Shown: one piece after another, positions 1 to 9,507 of the stretch
Layout of the letters: each line of letters begins with the position of its first letter
Position numbering within the stretch: position 1 is the stretch's first letter
IMG/VR virus record: IMGVR_UViG_3300037466_000868
Length of the DNA stretch: 64,000 bases
Strand: one strand, 5' to 3'
Source of the DNA: an uncultured virus (IMG/VR IMGVR_UViG_3300037466_000868)
Taxonomy: Duplodnaviria; Heunggongvirae; Uroviricota; Caudoviricetes
Program-made: the position numbers and the translations under genes
The notes under the pieces: generated by a model
Databases searched by the model: none
Told to the model about the DNA's origin: nothing
What the model saw: only the letters and a program-made list of their open reading frames with translations

Positions 1-125
1 GCGGCATCGATCATTTCGCCAAGCGATTGCATCGTGCCGACATCGACGACGGACGCTTCGATCATTTCGCCGCGAATAAAATCACGGCAGATTTTCAACG
101 CTTCTCTCACGCTCGGGGCGGTCAT
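1..125 (-). CDS. Hypothetical early-left protein (partial, runs off window)
   Basis: ATG at 125 overlaps the stop of the 122-379 ORF; MTAPSVREALKICRDFIRGEMIE... open to position 1. Confidence 0.6.
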   Translation of the reverse strand, partial: MTAPSVREALKICRDFIRGEMIEASVVDVGTMQSLGEMIDA

Positions 126-379
126 GGGCGGGGCTCCATCTTTGATCGTCCAAGCGCAATTGCGCGTGACATTGCCTCAGCGGCAGTTGCACCATCTGCA
201 CTTTCGAAGATGTAAGCCTTTGTGCCCATGCGCTCGCCGTTGCAGACGTATGCTTCGAACGGTCGTCGCCGCAAATGTTTGGGCAATTCGTCGCGCTGAT
301 ACCAGTGCGGCGTGTGGCCGACGTGATATCGCCAACCGTCTGGCAACTGCAAAAATGCGTCGTCAATCCCCGCCATCAC
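122..379 (-). CDS. Hypothetical phage protein
   Basis: Start/stop-coupled with neighbours in the leftward operon. Confidence 0.65.
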   Translation of the reverse strand: MMAGIDDAFLQLPDGWRYHVGHTPHWYQRDELPKHLRRRPFEAYVCNGERMGTKAYIFESADGATAAEAMSRAIALGRSKMEPRP

Positions 380-1401
380 CGCACCACCTTGAACTTGGCG
401 GGAATGGCGCGGGCAAGATCGTCGACTTGGCGATCCGTCAGTTCCAGATCGTTATCGTCGGCCCAATCGACAATGATACCGGCCACCTCATCCACGCTCA
501 CCGCCTCTACAGCCTCTACAGCCTGCGGGGCAGGAGGTGACGGGCGATAGTACGACTTACCACCTGGGTTGCGGCCATTGTCGGCAGCCTCTGCGGCTTC
601 TTCCTCTGTTTCGAAGAAGTAATTCTTGCCGCCGTCAGATTGGTTCGCCGCCGCGAGGGCATTGCGGGCGCGTGTTATCGGCTCCGGTTCTTTGTACGGA
701 ACAAAGCCGCCCTCATCATCGGCCCACTTCATCCCGCAACCGTCGCAGATCGTCCAGATAGCCCCGCCACGATGGGTTTCTTCGTGGGTGCATTCGTTGC
801 GCTCGACATAGCCTAGCAGCCCACCCAGCGCCTCCCGCAAGCCAACGCTGGCGGTGGGGGCGGGAGGCGTAGCGGTGTAGAGGGCCTGCTTTACGATGTT
901 GCGCTGTTCGGCAAGCCAGTCGGGGTCGGGATTGTACACCCAACGGTCGTTCCAGCCAGGTTGCTGCCAGCGCCACGCAACCGGCGCACCCTTCCCCGGC
1001 TCCACAACCGGCGCAGAACGGATGCGGGATTCGTAATCGGCTTGCGCTGCGGCTTTGGCGTCATCCAGTGCTAAAAATTCTTGTCCGAAATCGTCATCTC
1101 CGCCCATCGATTGTTCATCGAGCAACCAATATGATGCGGTGTCGGAATCGAACCGGATGTAGTATTGGCATTTTTTCGTCACGTTACCGTGATACGACTC
1201 TCCGTCCGGACCATCTGGTTGCACCCACTCCAACGGTCGAACCGCTACCACCTCGCCAGCCTTCACCGACGCGGCGCGGAGGGCGGATGCACATTCGCGC
1301 AGGACTGCGCCGACGCTGCTTACGTGCCCGCTTTGGTCGTGTCCGCTCGCTGCTTCTTCGGCCTGTTCCGCCAGCCGCTTGTAGTCGTTTTCACTGCTCA
1401 T
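376..1401 (-). CDS. Hypothetical mosaic early-left protein (ead/ea22-like style)
   Basis: Start MSSENDY at 1401 coupled to upstream stop; VRPLEW...AKAAAQADYESRIRSA and PVAWRW segments typical of such proteins. Confidence 0.7.
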   Translation of the reverse strand: MSSENDYKRLAEQAEEAASGHDQSGHVSSVGAVLRECASALRAASVKAGEVVAVRPLEWVQPDGPDGESYHGNVTKKCQYYIRFDSDTASYWLLDEQSMGGDDDFGQEFLALDDAKAAAQADYESRIRSAPVVEPGKGAPVAWRWQQPGWNDRWVYNPDPDWLAEQRNIVKQALYTATPPAPTASVGLREALGGLLGYVERNECTHEETHRGGAIWTICDGCGMKWADDEGGFVPYKEPEPITRARNALAAANQSDGGKNYFFETEEEAAEAADNGRNPGGKSYYRPSPPAPQAVEAVEAVSVDEVAGIIVDWADDNDLELTDRQVDDLARAIPAKFKVVR

Positions 1402-1670
1402 CACCCCAAAACCTCCCGCAACACCTGTAGATCCCGTTCGTATTCGTCGATCTCCGCCAACCTTGCTGGCGGCTCCAGGTGCTTGCGCGCCTGCCATGCG
1501 CTAAGGAGTTGGTCTGCGAATTGTTGCCGGGTAGGCACCACACGTGCAGGCACCACGACAAAGTCGTGACGCTCGGGCCGATGGCGCGTGGTGTGAGGCT
1601 GGCCTGTAACAGCCGTGGCGCGCTCAGATGCGGCAAGCGCAAGGCCGTGGGTGGAATAGTGCTGATTCAT
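1401..1670 (-). CDS. Hypothetical phage protein
   Basis: MNQHYSTHG start overlapping upstream stop. Confidence 0.6.
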   Translation of the reverse strand: MNQHYSTHGLALAASERATAVTGQPHTTRHRPERHDFVVVPARVVPTRQQFADQLLSAWQARKHLEPPARLAEIDEYERDLQVLREVLG

Positions 1671-1858
1671 GGCAACTGCTCCACGTCCCGAGGAGCAGGC
1701 GTGACGTACCAAGCCTCGTAATTCACCAAGCCGCGCTTGCCGATGTAGTTCTCAAGTGCTGTGGCGGTTATCACAGCCTCGCCGCGCAGCACTTGCCGTC
1801 TCGCAAGTGCTTTCTCGCCGGACGTTCGCGCAATCCACTCTGCTAAGGGACGGCTCAT
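1667..1858 (-). CDS. Hypothetical phage protein
   Basis: MSRPLAEW start coupled to upstream stop. Confidence 0.55.
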   Translation of the reverse strand: MSRPLAEWIARTSGEKALARRQVLRGEAVITATALENYIGKRGLVNYEAWYVTPAPRDVEQLP

Positions 1859-2211
1859 CACGGTTGCTCCACTTGCGAGGAGCAACGGGCGAGGGCGGCA
1901 TGGGCCGTGAGGTACATAAGTTTTGCGTCGCCGCCGTTGGGTAAGTCAGTGCGATTCCAGATCGCCTCGATCGTACGGAGCGCTTCCAGCAACTCCGGTG
2001 CCGCCGCGATCAGGCGGGCATTGGCTTCCGCTGCCTCGCCTTGATGATTGATGGGGAAACTCGTCCCGCCGTTGCGAACGGAAGCCGCCAATGGATTGCT
2101 CATGGTGTAGCAATCGCAAACGTCGCCGCCCCACGGGGCCACTACGTATGGCCCATGGTGTTCGGTGCCCGGCACATATTCCCACGGACCTTGCGTATGC
2201 TGTGCCATCAC
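1858..2211 (-). CDS. Conserved phage hypothetical protein (HTxGPW...ANARLIAAAPELLEAL type)
   Basis: Recognisable motif of a common small phage family. Confidence 0.8.
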   Translation of the reverse strand: MMAQHTQGPWEYVPGTEHHGPYVVAPWGGDVCDCYTMSNPLAASVRNGGTSFPINHQGEAAEANARLIAAAPELLEALRTIEAIWNRTDLPNGGDAKLMYLTAHAALARCSSQVEQP

Positions 2212-2618
2212 GCAGCCTCCTTCACAGCCAAGCCACGCACCGCACCCATGCCAACACGACCCGCGCGCCGCATTTCGTAATGCACGTCGAGTGCAAGCGC
2301 GGCGAACTCGGCTTCATCGTCGGTAACGATACCAACCGGCTCGCACCACAGGTCGTAGCGCCACGCGCCGGCCTTCAAGGCGCGCAGGTATTTCGGGCCG
2401 AAGGTGTAGGCTCTCAAAAAATTGCGGATGTCATCGGCGCAAAGGCCGGTGTTGGCGCCGATCAGGTCGGCCTTGATGTGGCAGCACAGCGGCTGCTTGG
2501 GCTGGCCGCTGTAACGGATGGCCGGAAATAAATCGGCCAGGTACGCGCGATGCTCACGATAGAGCGGCCAGTTGGTGGTGTTCTGGATGTGTTGGCGGGT
2601 GATGGAGATGGAGGACAT
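2208..2618 (-). CDS. ProQ/FinO-domain RNA chaperone
   Basis: LADLFP...PL..HI..DL...LRAYT....YL.AL..GAWRYDL..EPVG.VT..EAEFA matches the FinO/ProQ pattern; GAGGAG RBS before ATG 2618. Confidence 0.85.
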   Translation of the reverse strand: MSSISITRQHIQNTTNWPLYREHRAYLADLFPAIRYSGQPKQPLCCHIKADLIGANTGLCADDIRNFLRAYTFGPKYLRALKAGAWRYDLWCEPVGIVTDDEAEFAALALDVHYEMRRAGRVGMGAVRGLAVKEAA

Positions 2619-2649
2619 TTGCGGGGGCTCCTCAACTGCGATGAGGAGC

Positions 2650-2702
2650 ATACTATGCGATTATCGCACAATAGTCAACACGATTTTCTATAATCGCACA
2701 AT
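2650..2702 (-). promoter_or_regulatory. pL-like promoter with two operator-like sites
   Basis: Minus strand TTGACT (2678-2673)-N17-TAGTAT (2655-2650); TATGCGATTATCGCACAA and TTTTCTATAATCGCACAA. Confidence 0.75.
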
Positions 2703-2953
2703 TACAAGTGATAGTTGAAAAGTTAACGGCATTATGGAATAAGGCCGTGGGCTTAAGAACCCGGACTGAAGATACCGAGATGCTTGATAAGGCATCTCGC
2801 AGATCGCTGGATTTCCAACGGAAACTGGCGTGGGGCGCGCTCTGGCGAGCGCACCAACCTGGCTCAATTTGGCCGGGAGGGTTGCGTTATGTCCAGAGGG
2901 GAAACCCTTAAAGGCGCACCGCCTGTATCTTCAGCAGGTTCTTAACTCCCGGC

Positions 2954-3337
2954 TTGCCGGCCGAACCCGGCAACGCGGAGGACCGACGAATCATTATGTG
3001 CCGTTCAAAGTGCAACTCCAGTAAGCCTTGCCTGCCACTTATACGACGACTCCGCAAAGAAGCCGCCGACCAAATCGAGAAGTTGATAGCGTTCCTCGAC
3101 TTAACAGAACCCGATGATGATCTAGAACCAAGCCTTGGCTGGGCGGAGTTTTCTGACATACACCCAGCGGCAGCCACCAGCTTGGATTTGGAACTGGACG
3201 ACGTTGACGCCGAATATTCGCTTGGTTGGTCTAACGAAGGCAAGCAAAGCGGCAACTCGTGGTACTCGCCGCCCGCGCTCGGGGACGCCGAGGACGGCGA
3301 GTTTGAGTGGCCTTTTTCGTTGGCTACTGCGCGGTGA
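2954..3337 (+). CDS. Hypothetical acidic protein (EPSLGW-type repeats), start uncertain
   Basis: IEKLIAFLD...DDLEPSLGW and EYSLGW; convergent with the repressor. Confidence 0.6.
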   Translation: MPAEPGNAEDRRIIMCRSKCNSSKPCLPLIRRLRKEAADQIEKLIAFLDLTEPDDDLEPSLGWAEFSDIHPAAATSLDLELDDVDAEYSLGWSNEGKQSGNSWYSPPALGDAEDGEFEWPFSLATAR

Positions 3338-4064
3338 TTCGCCCCGCAATACGCCCAAGTACATGCAGCTCGTCTAGCTCCATGAACTGCGTCTCTCGAT
3401 GCGCCGGATTGTCGGAGATGATCTTGGCGGACGGTGGGTCGCTCTTGAAAATGTATTCCAGCCGCTTTACGCGCGGCGCGCTGTGGCCGTCGCTGATAAG
3501 ATAAAGCCCGTCCTCGCCCAACTCATTTACGGTTAGGTCAACAATCACTTTGTCACCATGACGGAGGGTAGGGTCCATTGAGTCGCCGCGGACTTCAACA
3601 ACGATAGACCCGCGCGGCGACACCTTTATGAAGTTTTGCAGGTAGCCGTCCGGGAAATTCCACTCTGCCACCACCTTGTGCCCAGAGTAGCTTTCGCCGC
3701 CTCTCTTAATTTGCACAACTTCGCCGACCGCGCCTTCTCCGGCACCGGCATAGACGTCTAGCTCGGGGATGGCCCCACGCTGACGCGGCTCGTAGTTCTC
3801 GCGGGAATATCCGCGATTCGAATCATTCTCTTCTGCGCGACTGATGGCGGCTATCGGGACCGGCAGCAATTCTATGGGCGTTTTGAATATCTCGATGCAC
3901 TTAACATACTCATCGAGCTTCAGCCCCCGACCACCACTGATGATCTTATTGACTCCGCTAGGGCCGATACCAAGCTCGCGCCCCAACTCGGTCTGGTTGA
4001 TACCTGTGCGATCCAGCTCAGATTTGAGCCAATTTTGAAAAACTGCCATGTGCATAAACTCCAT
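3324..4064 (-). CDS. CI-like phage repressor (XRE HTH plus S24 peptidase)
   Basis: N-terminal HTH (QTELGRELGIGPSGVNKI); AG cleavage-like site; VRGDSM Ser and VKRL Lys dyad. Confidence 0.93.
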   Translation of the reverse strand: MEFMHMAVFQNWLKSELDRTGINQTELGRELGIGPSGVNKIISGGRGLKLDEYVKCIEIFKTPIELLPVPIAAISRAEENDSNRGYSRENYEPRQRGAIPELDVYAGAGEGAVGEVVQIKRGGESYSGHKVVAEWNFPDGYLQNFIKVSPRGSIVVEVRGDSMDPTLRHGDKVIVDLTVNELGEDGLYLISDGHSAPRVKRLEYIFKSDPPSAKIISDNPAHRETQFMELDELHVLGRIAGRITAQ

Positions 4065-4089
4065 TTACTCGAACTCTGGAATAATTGCC

Positions 4090-4141
4090 TGTTCTAATAT
4101 CGCACAATTAACTTGACAACTATTCTTTTTTAGCACAATAT
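4090..4141 (+). promoter_or_regulatory. pR-like promoter with two operator-like sites
   Basis: TTGACA at 4113-4118 flanked by TGTTCTAATATCGCACAA and TATTCTTTTTTAGCACAA. Confidence 0.75.
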
Positions 4142-4193
4142 GCGCCCATGGTTAAGCGACTCATACCGAAGTCGACAACCGGGGGAACTAAGA

Positions 4194-4394
4194 ATGAGCG
4201 ATTCAGTGGAGCGGGGCCATTCCGCGCAGCCGCAGTTTTTTGAAGTGTCGTGCTTTCCGGTCGGGGGTGGCGAGGCAATCACAGCACCTCCGATCCCGAC
4301 CGAAACCCGGGTGATGACTGAACTCGGTTGGGGCGGGTCGATGACGTGCAAGCGCGTGCCGGTGACTCTCGCATACAGCGGGACGATGCAGTGA
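4194..4394 (+). CDS. Small hypothetical protein (not Cro-like)
   Basis: ATG after a G-rich RBS; first ORF downstream of pR. Confidence 0.4.
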   Translation: MSDSVERGHSAQPQFFEVSCFPVGGGEAITAPPIPTETRVMTELGWGGSMTCKRVPVTLAYSGTMQ

Positions 4395-4507
4395 GCGAGA
4401 CCATCCAGTCTACCCGCCTTTCAGAGCGCCTGCACATCGCAGAGCAGCTAATCGAATCTGTAAAGCGTGAATCATCAACCAGTGAAAGCGAAGCGAAGGA
4501 AAGCGAA

Positions 4508-5584
4508 ATGAGCCTGACCATTGAACGTGAAACGGAGCGTAAACCCATGTTTGGAGCAATCAAGCGAGCTGTTCTGGGAATGCCGACGACGAATACTCAT
4601 GTGTCTTCGAAGAAGATCGAGCGCATCGCGGAGACGCCGCATCAGAAGGTATTTCGCTTTATCGCCGAACGCAGGATCGATGAGGCGACCGCGATTGCTG
4701 CACGTCTGATCAATGCTGGCGACGTGGATGGATTCTTTATCTACGGCGGCACGAACAAATATCGGCGAGCGGAGGATTGGTATTCCGACCGAGTGGCGGC
4801 AACACGACGCGGCCAAAGCATCAGCGAAATTGAAAATCTGACGCCAGAAATGGCCCAAGTTATCATTCGCGGCAATGAGAGCAATCGCCGCGTCAAGGTG
4901 CGCAATCTTCGCAACCTGGTGCGAGACATTCTAGCCGGCGCGTGGGACTATAATGGCGAGACGATCAAGGTGTCCAAGGACGGCCTGCTGAACGACGGCC
5001 AGAATCGCTCATTTTCTGTGTTACTGGCTGGCGAAGCTATCCGCACGCTTGTCGTATTCGGCCTTGATCGCGAATCCCGCCGCACTGTTGATATTGGCGA
5101 GAAACGCACAGCCGCAGACCGCGCCGGGATGCGCGGCGTGAAGGATCATATCGTTGTAACCGCCATCGCTGCGCTTGCCTTTGAACTCGACAACGGCCGG
5201 CAAGGCACCGCTGCGGAGATCGATGCTTATCTCGGTGACCACGCCGAAGATATTTACGCGGCCAATGGAGCCACAGGCTCTAGCATCAAGGGTGTAGGCC
5301 CATCCATTACTGGAACAACGGCACTTTATCTAATGCGGCTTGGCGCAGATTCGGCAAGTGTCAAAAAGTTCTTCAAGATCGTCCGCGACAATGAAAACAC
5401 GTCGTCCGGCGATGCGGCTCGAACAGTGCATCGTGCCCTGTTCCCGAACGCGGGCCATAAACCACCATTGCGCATGAAGAAACTGGAGTGGGTTAGCACC
5501 CTTTCCCATCACTACATTTTATGGAAGCGCAAGAAGACAACGCACCAAGTTGTCATTGGCAAAGAACTGCCGGAGTCAATTTGA
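4508..5584 (+). CDS. ParB-like / DGQ(H/N)R-motif protein
   Basis: LTPEMA...N..NR...G.W...GE.I...G.L.DGQNR pattern; AAGGA RBS. Confidence 0.7.
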   Translation: MSLTIERETERKPMFGAIKRAVLGMPTTNTHVSSKKIERIAETPHQKVFRFIAERRIDEATAIAARLINAGDVDGFFIYGGTNKYRRAEDWYSDRVAATRRGQSISEIENLTPEMAQVIIRGNESNRRVKVRNLRNLVRDILAGAWDYNGETIKVSKDGLLNDGQNRSFSVLLAGEAIRTLVVFGLDRESRRTVDIGEKRTAADRAGMRGVKDHIVVTAIAALAFELDNGRQGTAAEIDAYLGDHAEDIYAANGATGSSIKGVGPSITGTTALYLMRLGADSASVKKFFKIVRDNENTSSGDAARTVHRALFPNAGHKPPLRMKKLEWVSTLSHHYILWKRKKTTHQVVIGKELPESI

Positions 5585-5585
5585 T

Positions 5586-6425
5586 ATGGAGCGTCGGTGG
5601 GTTGACATAGATACCATCCATATAGGTTCGCGCCTCCGCGAACCTGACATGGCCAAGGTTGCCGAACTCGCGAAAAGCATCTCCGAAATTGGCTTGCTCA
5701 ACCCGCCGGCCGTCCGCTTTGTCGACAAGATGATGATCAACGGCGCTGAAGAATACAACGCTGCTGTCCTTATCGTGGGTCATCATCGTCTTCTTGCCAT
5801 GAAGCGCCTTGGCAAGGAATCAATTGAGTGCGACGTATATAACGTCGATCCGCTCCGCGCTGAACTTATGGAGATTGACGAGAATCTTCAGCGCGCAGAG
5901 CTGTCTCCCGCCGAAGAGGCGTTACACATTAAGCGGCGTAAAGAAATTTGGGATGAGGTGCAGGCGGAAAAGGTGAATGAGACAGGTCGCCAAAATTTGG
6001 CGGGCAGTCTATCAGATGGCCGGCGGAAAGGGCCGCAACATGAAAAGAAGTTCGCCACTGAGCTTGCGGAAGTAACAGGCGACGCATCAAGCGGACTGCG
6101 GCAGAAAATCGCTCGCGCCAGAGAACTCGGCACCGACCTCCACAAGATCGCGGGCACCAGTCTTGATAAGGGCGTCGAAATGGATGCGCTTATCAAGATG
6201 AAGGAGCCCGAGCGCAAAAAGATCATCGAGCGCGCTGCCAAAGGCGAGCAAGTTTCAGCGCGTCCGCAACCAAAGCAATTCCAGCCGAAGACCGATGCGG
6301 AGCGTCTTGCTTATGATTTGCACCGATGGATCGGGACGAATCGAACGATTGAGTTTTCGAACCGCTTGCGAGCATTGAGCCAAACAGACTTCCACGCGGC
6401 GATCAAGAGAGTGGTCGAAGCCTAG
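5586..6425 (+). CDS. ParB/Srx N-terminal domain protein
   Basis: LAKSISEIGLLNP...LIVGHHRLLA...EIDENLQRAELS. Confidence 0.85.
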   Translation: MERRWVDIDTIHIGSRLREPDMAKVAELAKSISEIGLLNPPAVRFVDKMMINGAEEYNAAVLIVGHHRLLAMKRLGKESIECDVYNVDPLRAELMEIDENLQRAELSPAEEALHIKRRKEIWDEVQAEKVNETGRQNLAGSLSDGRRKGPQHEKKFATELAEVTGDASSGLRQKIARARELGTDLHKIAGTSLDKGVEMDALIKMKEPERKKIIERAAKGEQVSARPQPKQFQPKTDAERLAYDLHRWIGTNRTIEFSNRLRALSQTDFHAAIKRVVEA

Positions 6426-6589
6426 CCGCCTAACTGCACGCCAGTGCAGTAGGCATCCACATCAACCAGCATCCAACTAACGCCGTCTAGGCGGCGCACG
6501 TCACCACTATGCCAACCCCGCGGCCCCACACCCGCGGCAAACTGCGGCCATGTGCTTACGCGCAGCGCCGCCTTTTATTCGGAGCGACG

Positions 6590-6904
6590 ATGACACCAGA
6601 AGAACGCGCCCTGTATAGCACGACGCTTTACCTCATCGGTGATGAGGTGGAGATCGCCGGCACCGGAATCTACGGCGAAGTAACGGAGATCCACATCTCT
6701 GCCGGTAGCGAAGATCGCTACACGGTTTTCTATATCGACAACGCTGGAAACCCACAAGAGCGCGAGTGGAAGGCGAGCGCATTGGACCCTGTCGACGATG
6801 ACTCGCCCGAGAGTAACGTCGTTGATTATCCGGGCCGTCATGCCGCCAGCGCCAAAGAGCGCACGCGCGCTATTGCTGAAGCCCGTCACGCGACCAAACA
6901 CTAG
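6590..6904 (+). CDS. Hypothetical protein (SH3/KOW-like)
   Basis: GGAG RBS; IGDEV...GEV pattern. Confidence 0.65.
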   Translation: MTPEERALYSTTLYLIGDEVEIAGTGIYGEVTEIHISAGSEDRYTVFYIDNAGNPQEREWKASALDPVDDDSPESNVVDYPGRHAASAKERTRAIAEARHATKH

Positions 6905-6912
6905 GAGCGACC

Positions 6913-7797
6913 ATGTACGGATTTGGATGGAACGACGACAAGCCTGCAACGCATCCGCGCTATCGGGTTGGTGATCGGGTGCGGCACAAGACGGTGCATG
7001 CGACGGGTACTGGTACGGTTGAAGAACTGAAGCCGCAATCCCATTACCTTGTGCGGTGGAGTTCTGCATATCAACTTTGCACCGACCCGGAAGACGTATT
7101 GTTGCCCGCCTTCCGCCCCGGCGACCGGGTCAAACTGAACAGACACTACGGCGCTCGCGCGTGCGGTGAGCGCGGCACAGTGTCCAGCGTGCTTGGCGAT
7201 GCGGTGTGCGTGCGGATGGATGACGCGTCGCTGTGGGGCACAGTGACTGCGGCTCTGCCGGCTGAAGTGCTGGATTGGGAGCGGGACGAAGGCGAGCAAC
7301 ACGCGACGAGCGCGCGCGTGCCGTGGCAGGACGACAAGCCACAGCCGAAGTTTAAGGCGGGTGATGTGGTCACGTACAAGACCGACAAAACCGTATGCCG
7401 TACAATCAGCCGCTACAAAAAAATGTATGACCGCGACGCGTATGAGTACGTGGATGGCGGCTTCGATTACGAGGAAAGCCTCGAACTCGTAACCGCTGCT
7501 CCCTGTCCGCAGGACAATGAGCAGCAAACGTGGAAACTGAGAACAGCAGACGGATTACTTGAGTTTAGTTCTGCCGGCCTCACCATCCACGATCCCCAAC
7601 CCTGCATCGTCGCGCGCGTCAAAACCAACGGGCAACCCATGCCCGCCGCCTTGCCGCACGTTCACGCTTCCGTCGCCGCTGCCACAACCGAAGCCGAGCG
7701 GCTCGCGCGCAACAACCCCGGCCAGGAATTCGCCGTGTACCAGCGCGTGGTGGGGCGCAAGGCCGAACAGCACATTGAGATGAAGGAGGTGGCTTAA
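6913..7797 (+). CDS. Hypothetical protein with repeated (Y/F)xxGDxV SH3-like modules
   Basis: YRVGDRV, FRPGDRV and FKAGDVV repeats; AGGAG RBS. Confidence 0.75.
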   Translation: MYGFGWNDDKPATHPRYRVGDRVRHKTVHATGTGTVEELKPQSHYLVRWSSAYQLCTDPEDVLLPAFRPGDRVKLNRHYGARACGERGTVSSVLGDAVCVRMDDASLWGTVTAALPAEVLDWERDEGEQHATSARVPWQDDKPQPKFKAGDVVTYKTDKTVCRTISRYKKMYDRDAYEYVDGGFDYEESLELVTAAPCPQDNEQQTWKLRTADGLLEFSSAGLTIHDPQPCIVARVKTNGQPMPAALPHVHASVAAATTEAERLARNNPGQEFAVYQRVVGRKAEQHIEMKEVA

Positions 7798-7798
7798 C

Positions 7799-8044
7799 AT
7801 GGTCGGTACTTTGCATCGGTTGCCCACTGCTGCTCCGCAGCAGACCGGCAACGCCATCACCCTGCAACGCGCCTTGGCCACTGGCGCTAACCCGGCCAGC
7901 CTCCGCGCTGTCGCGGACTGGAACGAGCGCAAGTCTTACGACGAGCGGCGCCGCAAGGCGCGTCACCGGCACAAGGCGCAGGCTGTGGCGCTTAGTGCCG
8001 TGGTGCGGGAGTTGGAGCGCGGGCAGATGAGGGAGGCGGCGTGA
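7799..8044 (+). CDS. Hypothetical protein
   Basis: GGAGG RBS; coupled operon. Confidence 0.6.
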   Translation: MVGTLHRLPTAAPQQTGNAITLQRALATGANPASLRAVADWNERKSYDERRRKARHRHKAQAVALSAVVRELERGQMREAA

Positions 8045-8262
8045 TGGCGGATTACGAGACCGATATCGTGCATGTTGTTTGGAACAACAAACTAGGTTCG
8101 AAGATCACCGTATCCCCTGACGGTGATGGGCTCGGACTGATTGAAGTGCGGCACAGTGACCACGAAGAATCACTCGTCATGACCCCGGAGGAGGCGCGAT
8201 TAGTCGCCGAGGCAATGCTCGCGTGCGCCGAAGATATCGGTCCAGTGGGGGCAGAGTTATGA
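8044..8262 (+). CDS. Hypothetical protein
   Basis: TGATG coupling. Confidence 0.65.
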   Translation: MADYETDIVHVVWNNKLGSKITVSPDGDGLGLIEVRHSDHEESLVMTPEEARLVAEAMLACAEDIGPVGAEL

Positions 8263-8441
8263 CCATCTGGCCGCAGATTACCTACCTTGCACTTACGTGC
8301 ATGGCGGCCGGCGTCGCCATCGCCAACTACGGCGAAGCCAAGGTGAGCCGCTACGATTGGACGGACTTCGTATCGTCCGGAATCGTTTTGGCCATTCTCT
8401 ACTACGGCGGCTTCTTCGTGCCTCTCGACTTCGCGCCATGA
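8259..8441 (+). CDS. Small membrane protein (2 TM)
   Basis: MTIWPQITYL...; hydrophobic; ATGA coupling. Confidence 0.65.
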   Translation: MTIWPQITYLALTCMAAGVAIANYGEAKVSRYDWTDFVSSGIVLAILYYGGFFVPLDFAP

Positions 8442-8712
8442 CCGCAACCGGCCACCTCGACCCGCTGCACATATTGCTACTAGCCTTCGCGCTAGTAGCA
8501 ATCGCGACCACGCCGCTGCACTGGCGGTAGTACGAACATGAGGCCCGTTACACCGCAGGGGACGCCCATACGTGGGCGCGCGCCGTGGTCCAAGTGGTGT
8601 CTAAGCTAAAGGTGTCCTCTCGCTGCATTAGCCCCGGCGACGGTGCAGCGGCATTTTCTACAGCGTGAGCGGCCCTTTGCCGCGCGCTATCTTTCATTAG
8701 GAAACAAACCTA

Positions 8713-9507
8713 ATGGCGATTTCTTGGGACGAACTTAAAGACACTCGCGACACCGACCCTCCGCTGTGTACGTTTTACGGCGGGGCAAAGACGGGCAAGA
8801 CGACTCTGGCGTCAGAATTTCCTGCTCCCCTTTACGTAAGAACTGGTGACGGCGAGCGCGCTCCGTCCGGCGTCGTGATGAAGTCGCTCGGTGTGTCGGA
8901 AACCTACGCCGACATTCTCGACCAGATGGCCTACATGGCCGAAGCGGAGCACGACCGCCGCACCTTTGTGCTTGACGCGCTCGATGGGCTAGAGCTGCTT
9001 ATCCGCGCCGAGGCGTGTCATCGCAACGGCTGGGCCAACATCGAAGAGCCTGGATATGGCAAGGGATATGCCGCAGAGCAGGCCATCTGGCACGAGTTCA
9101 TTAAGGAGTGCCTGAAACTCAAGAAGGCTGGCTTCTATGTAGTGCTGCTGGGCCACGTCAAGGTAAAGACCGAGCCGGGCGTCACGACCGACAGCTATCC
9201 TCGCTACCGGTTGAACCTTCGCGATGATGCCGGCAGCGCGATTGCTGACGCATCGGATCTGATCGGTTTCGTCCACCAGCGCATTTCCATCAAGAAGGAA
9301 GACGCTGGATTCAAGAAGACGAACAACCGCGGCGAGGGCGCCGGCGAGATCAATATCGCGGTGCAGGAGCGGCCGGGATATATCGCCGGGAACCGCTATG
9401 AAATCACGAAGCCGACCTTGCCGTTCAAGAAGGGTGCCGGTTTTGCCGCCCTGAGCGAATACTTCCCGGCGCAGCCGGACGATGAGCAGGAGCCGACCGA
9501 CGAGTGA
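8713..9507 (+). CDS. Sak4-like AAA ATPase (phage recombination protein)
   Basis: YGGAKTGKTT Walker A; LDALD; GYGKGY; followed by DUF669 SSB. Confidence 0.88.
   Translation: MAISWDELKDTRDTDPPLCTFYGGAKTGKTTLASEFPAPLYVRTGDGERAPSGVVMKSLGVSETYADILDQMAYMAEAEHDRRTFVLDALDGLELLIRAEACHRNGWANIEEPGYGKGYAAEQAIWHEFIKECLKLKKAGFYVVLLGHVKVKTEPGVTTDSYPRYRLNLRDDAGSAIADASDLIGFVHQRISIKKEDAGFKKTNNRGEGAGEINIAVQERPGYIAGNRYEITKPTLPFKKGAGFAALSEYFPAQPDDEQEPTDE

Noticed and set aside
7..71. 14-bp direct repeat TCGATCATTTCGCC as an att site
   Set aside because: Both copies lie in a minus-strand ORF (GEMI encoded twice), and no copy was seen near the integrase
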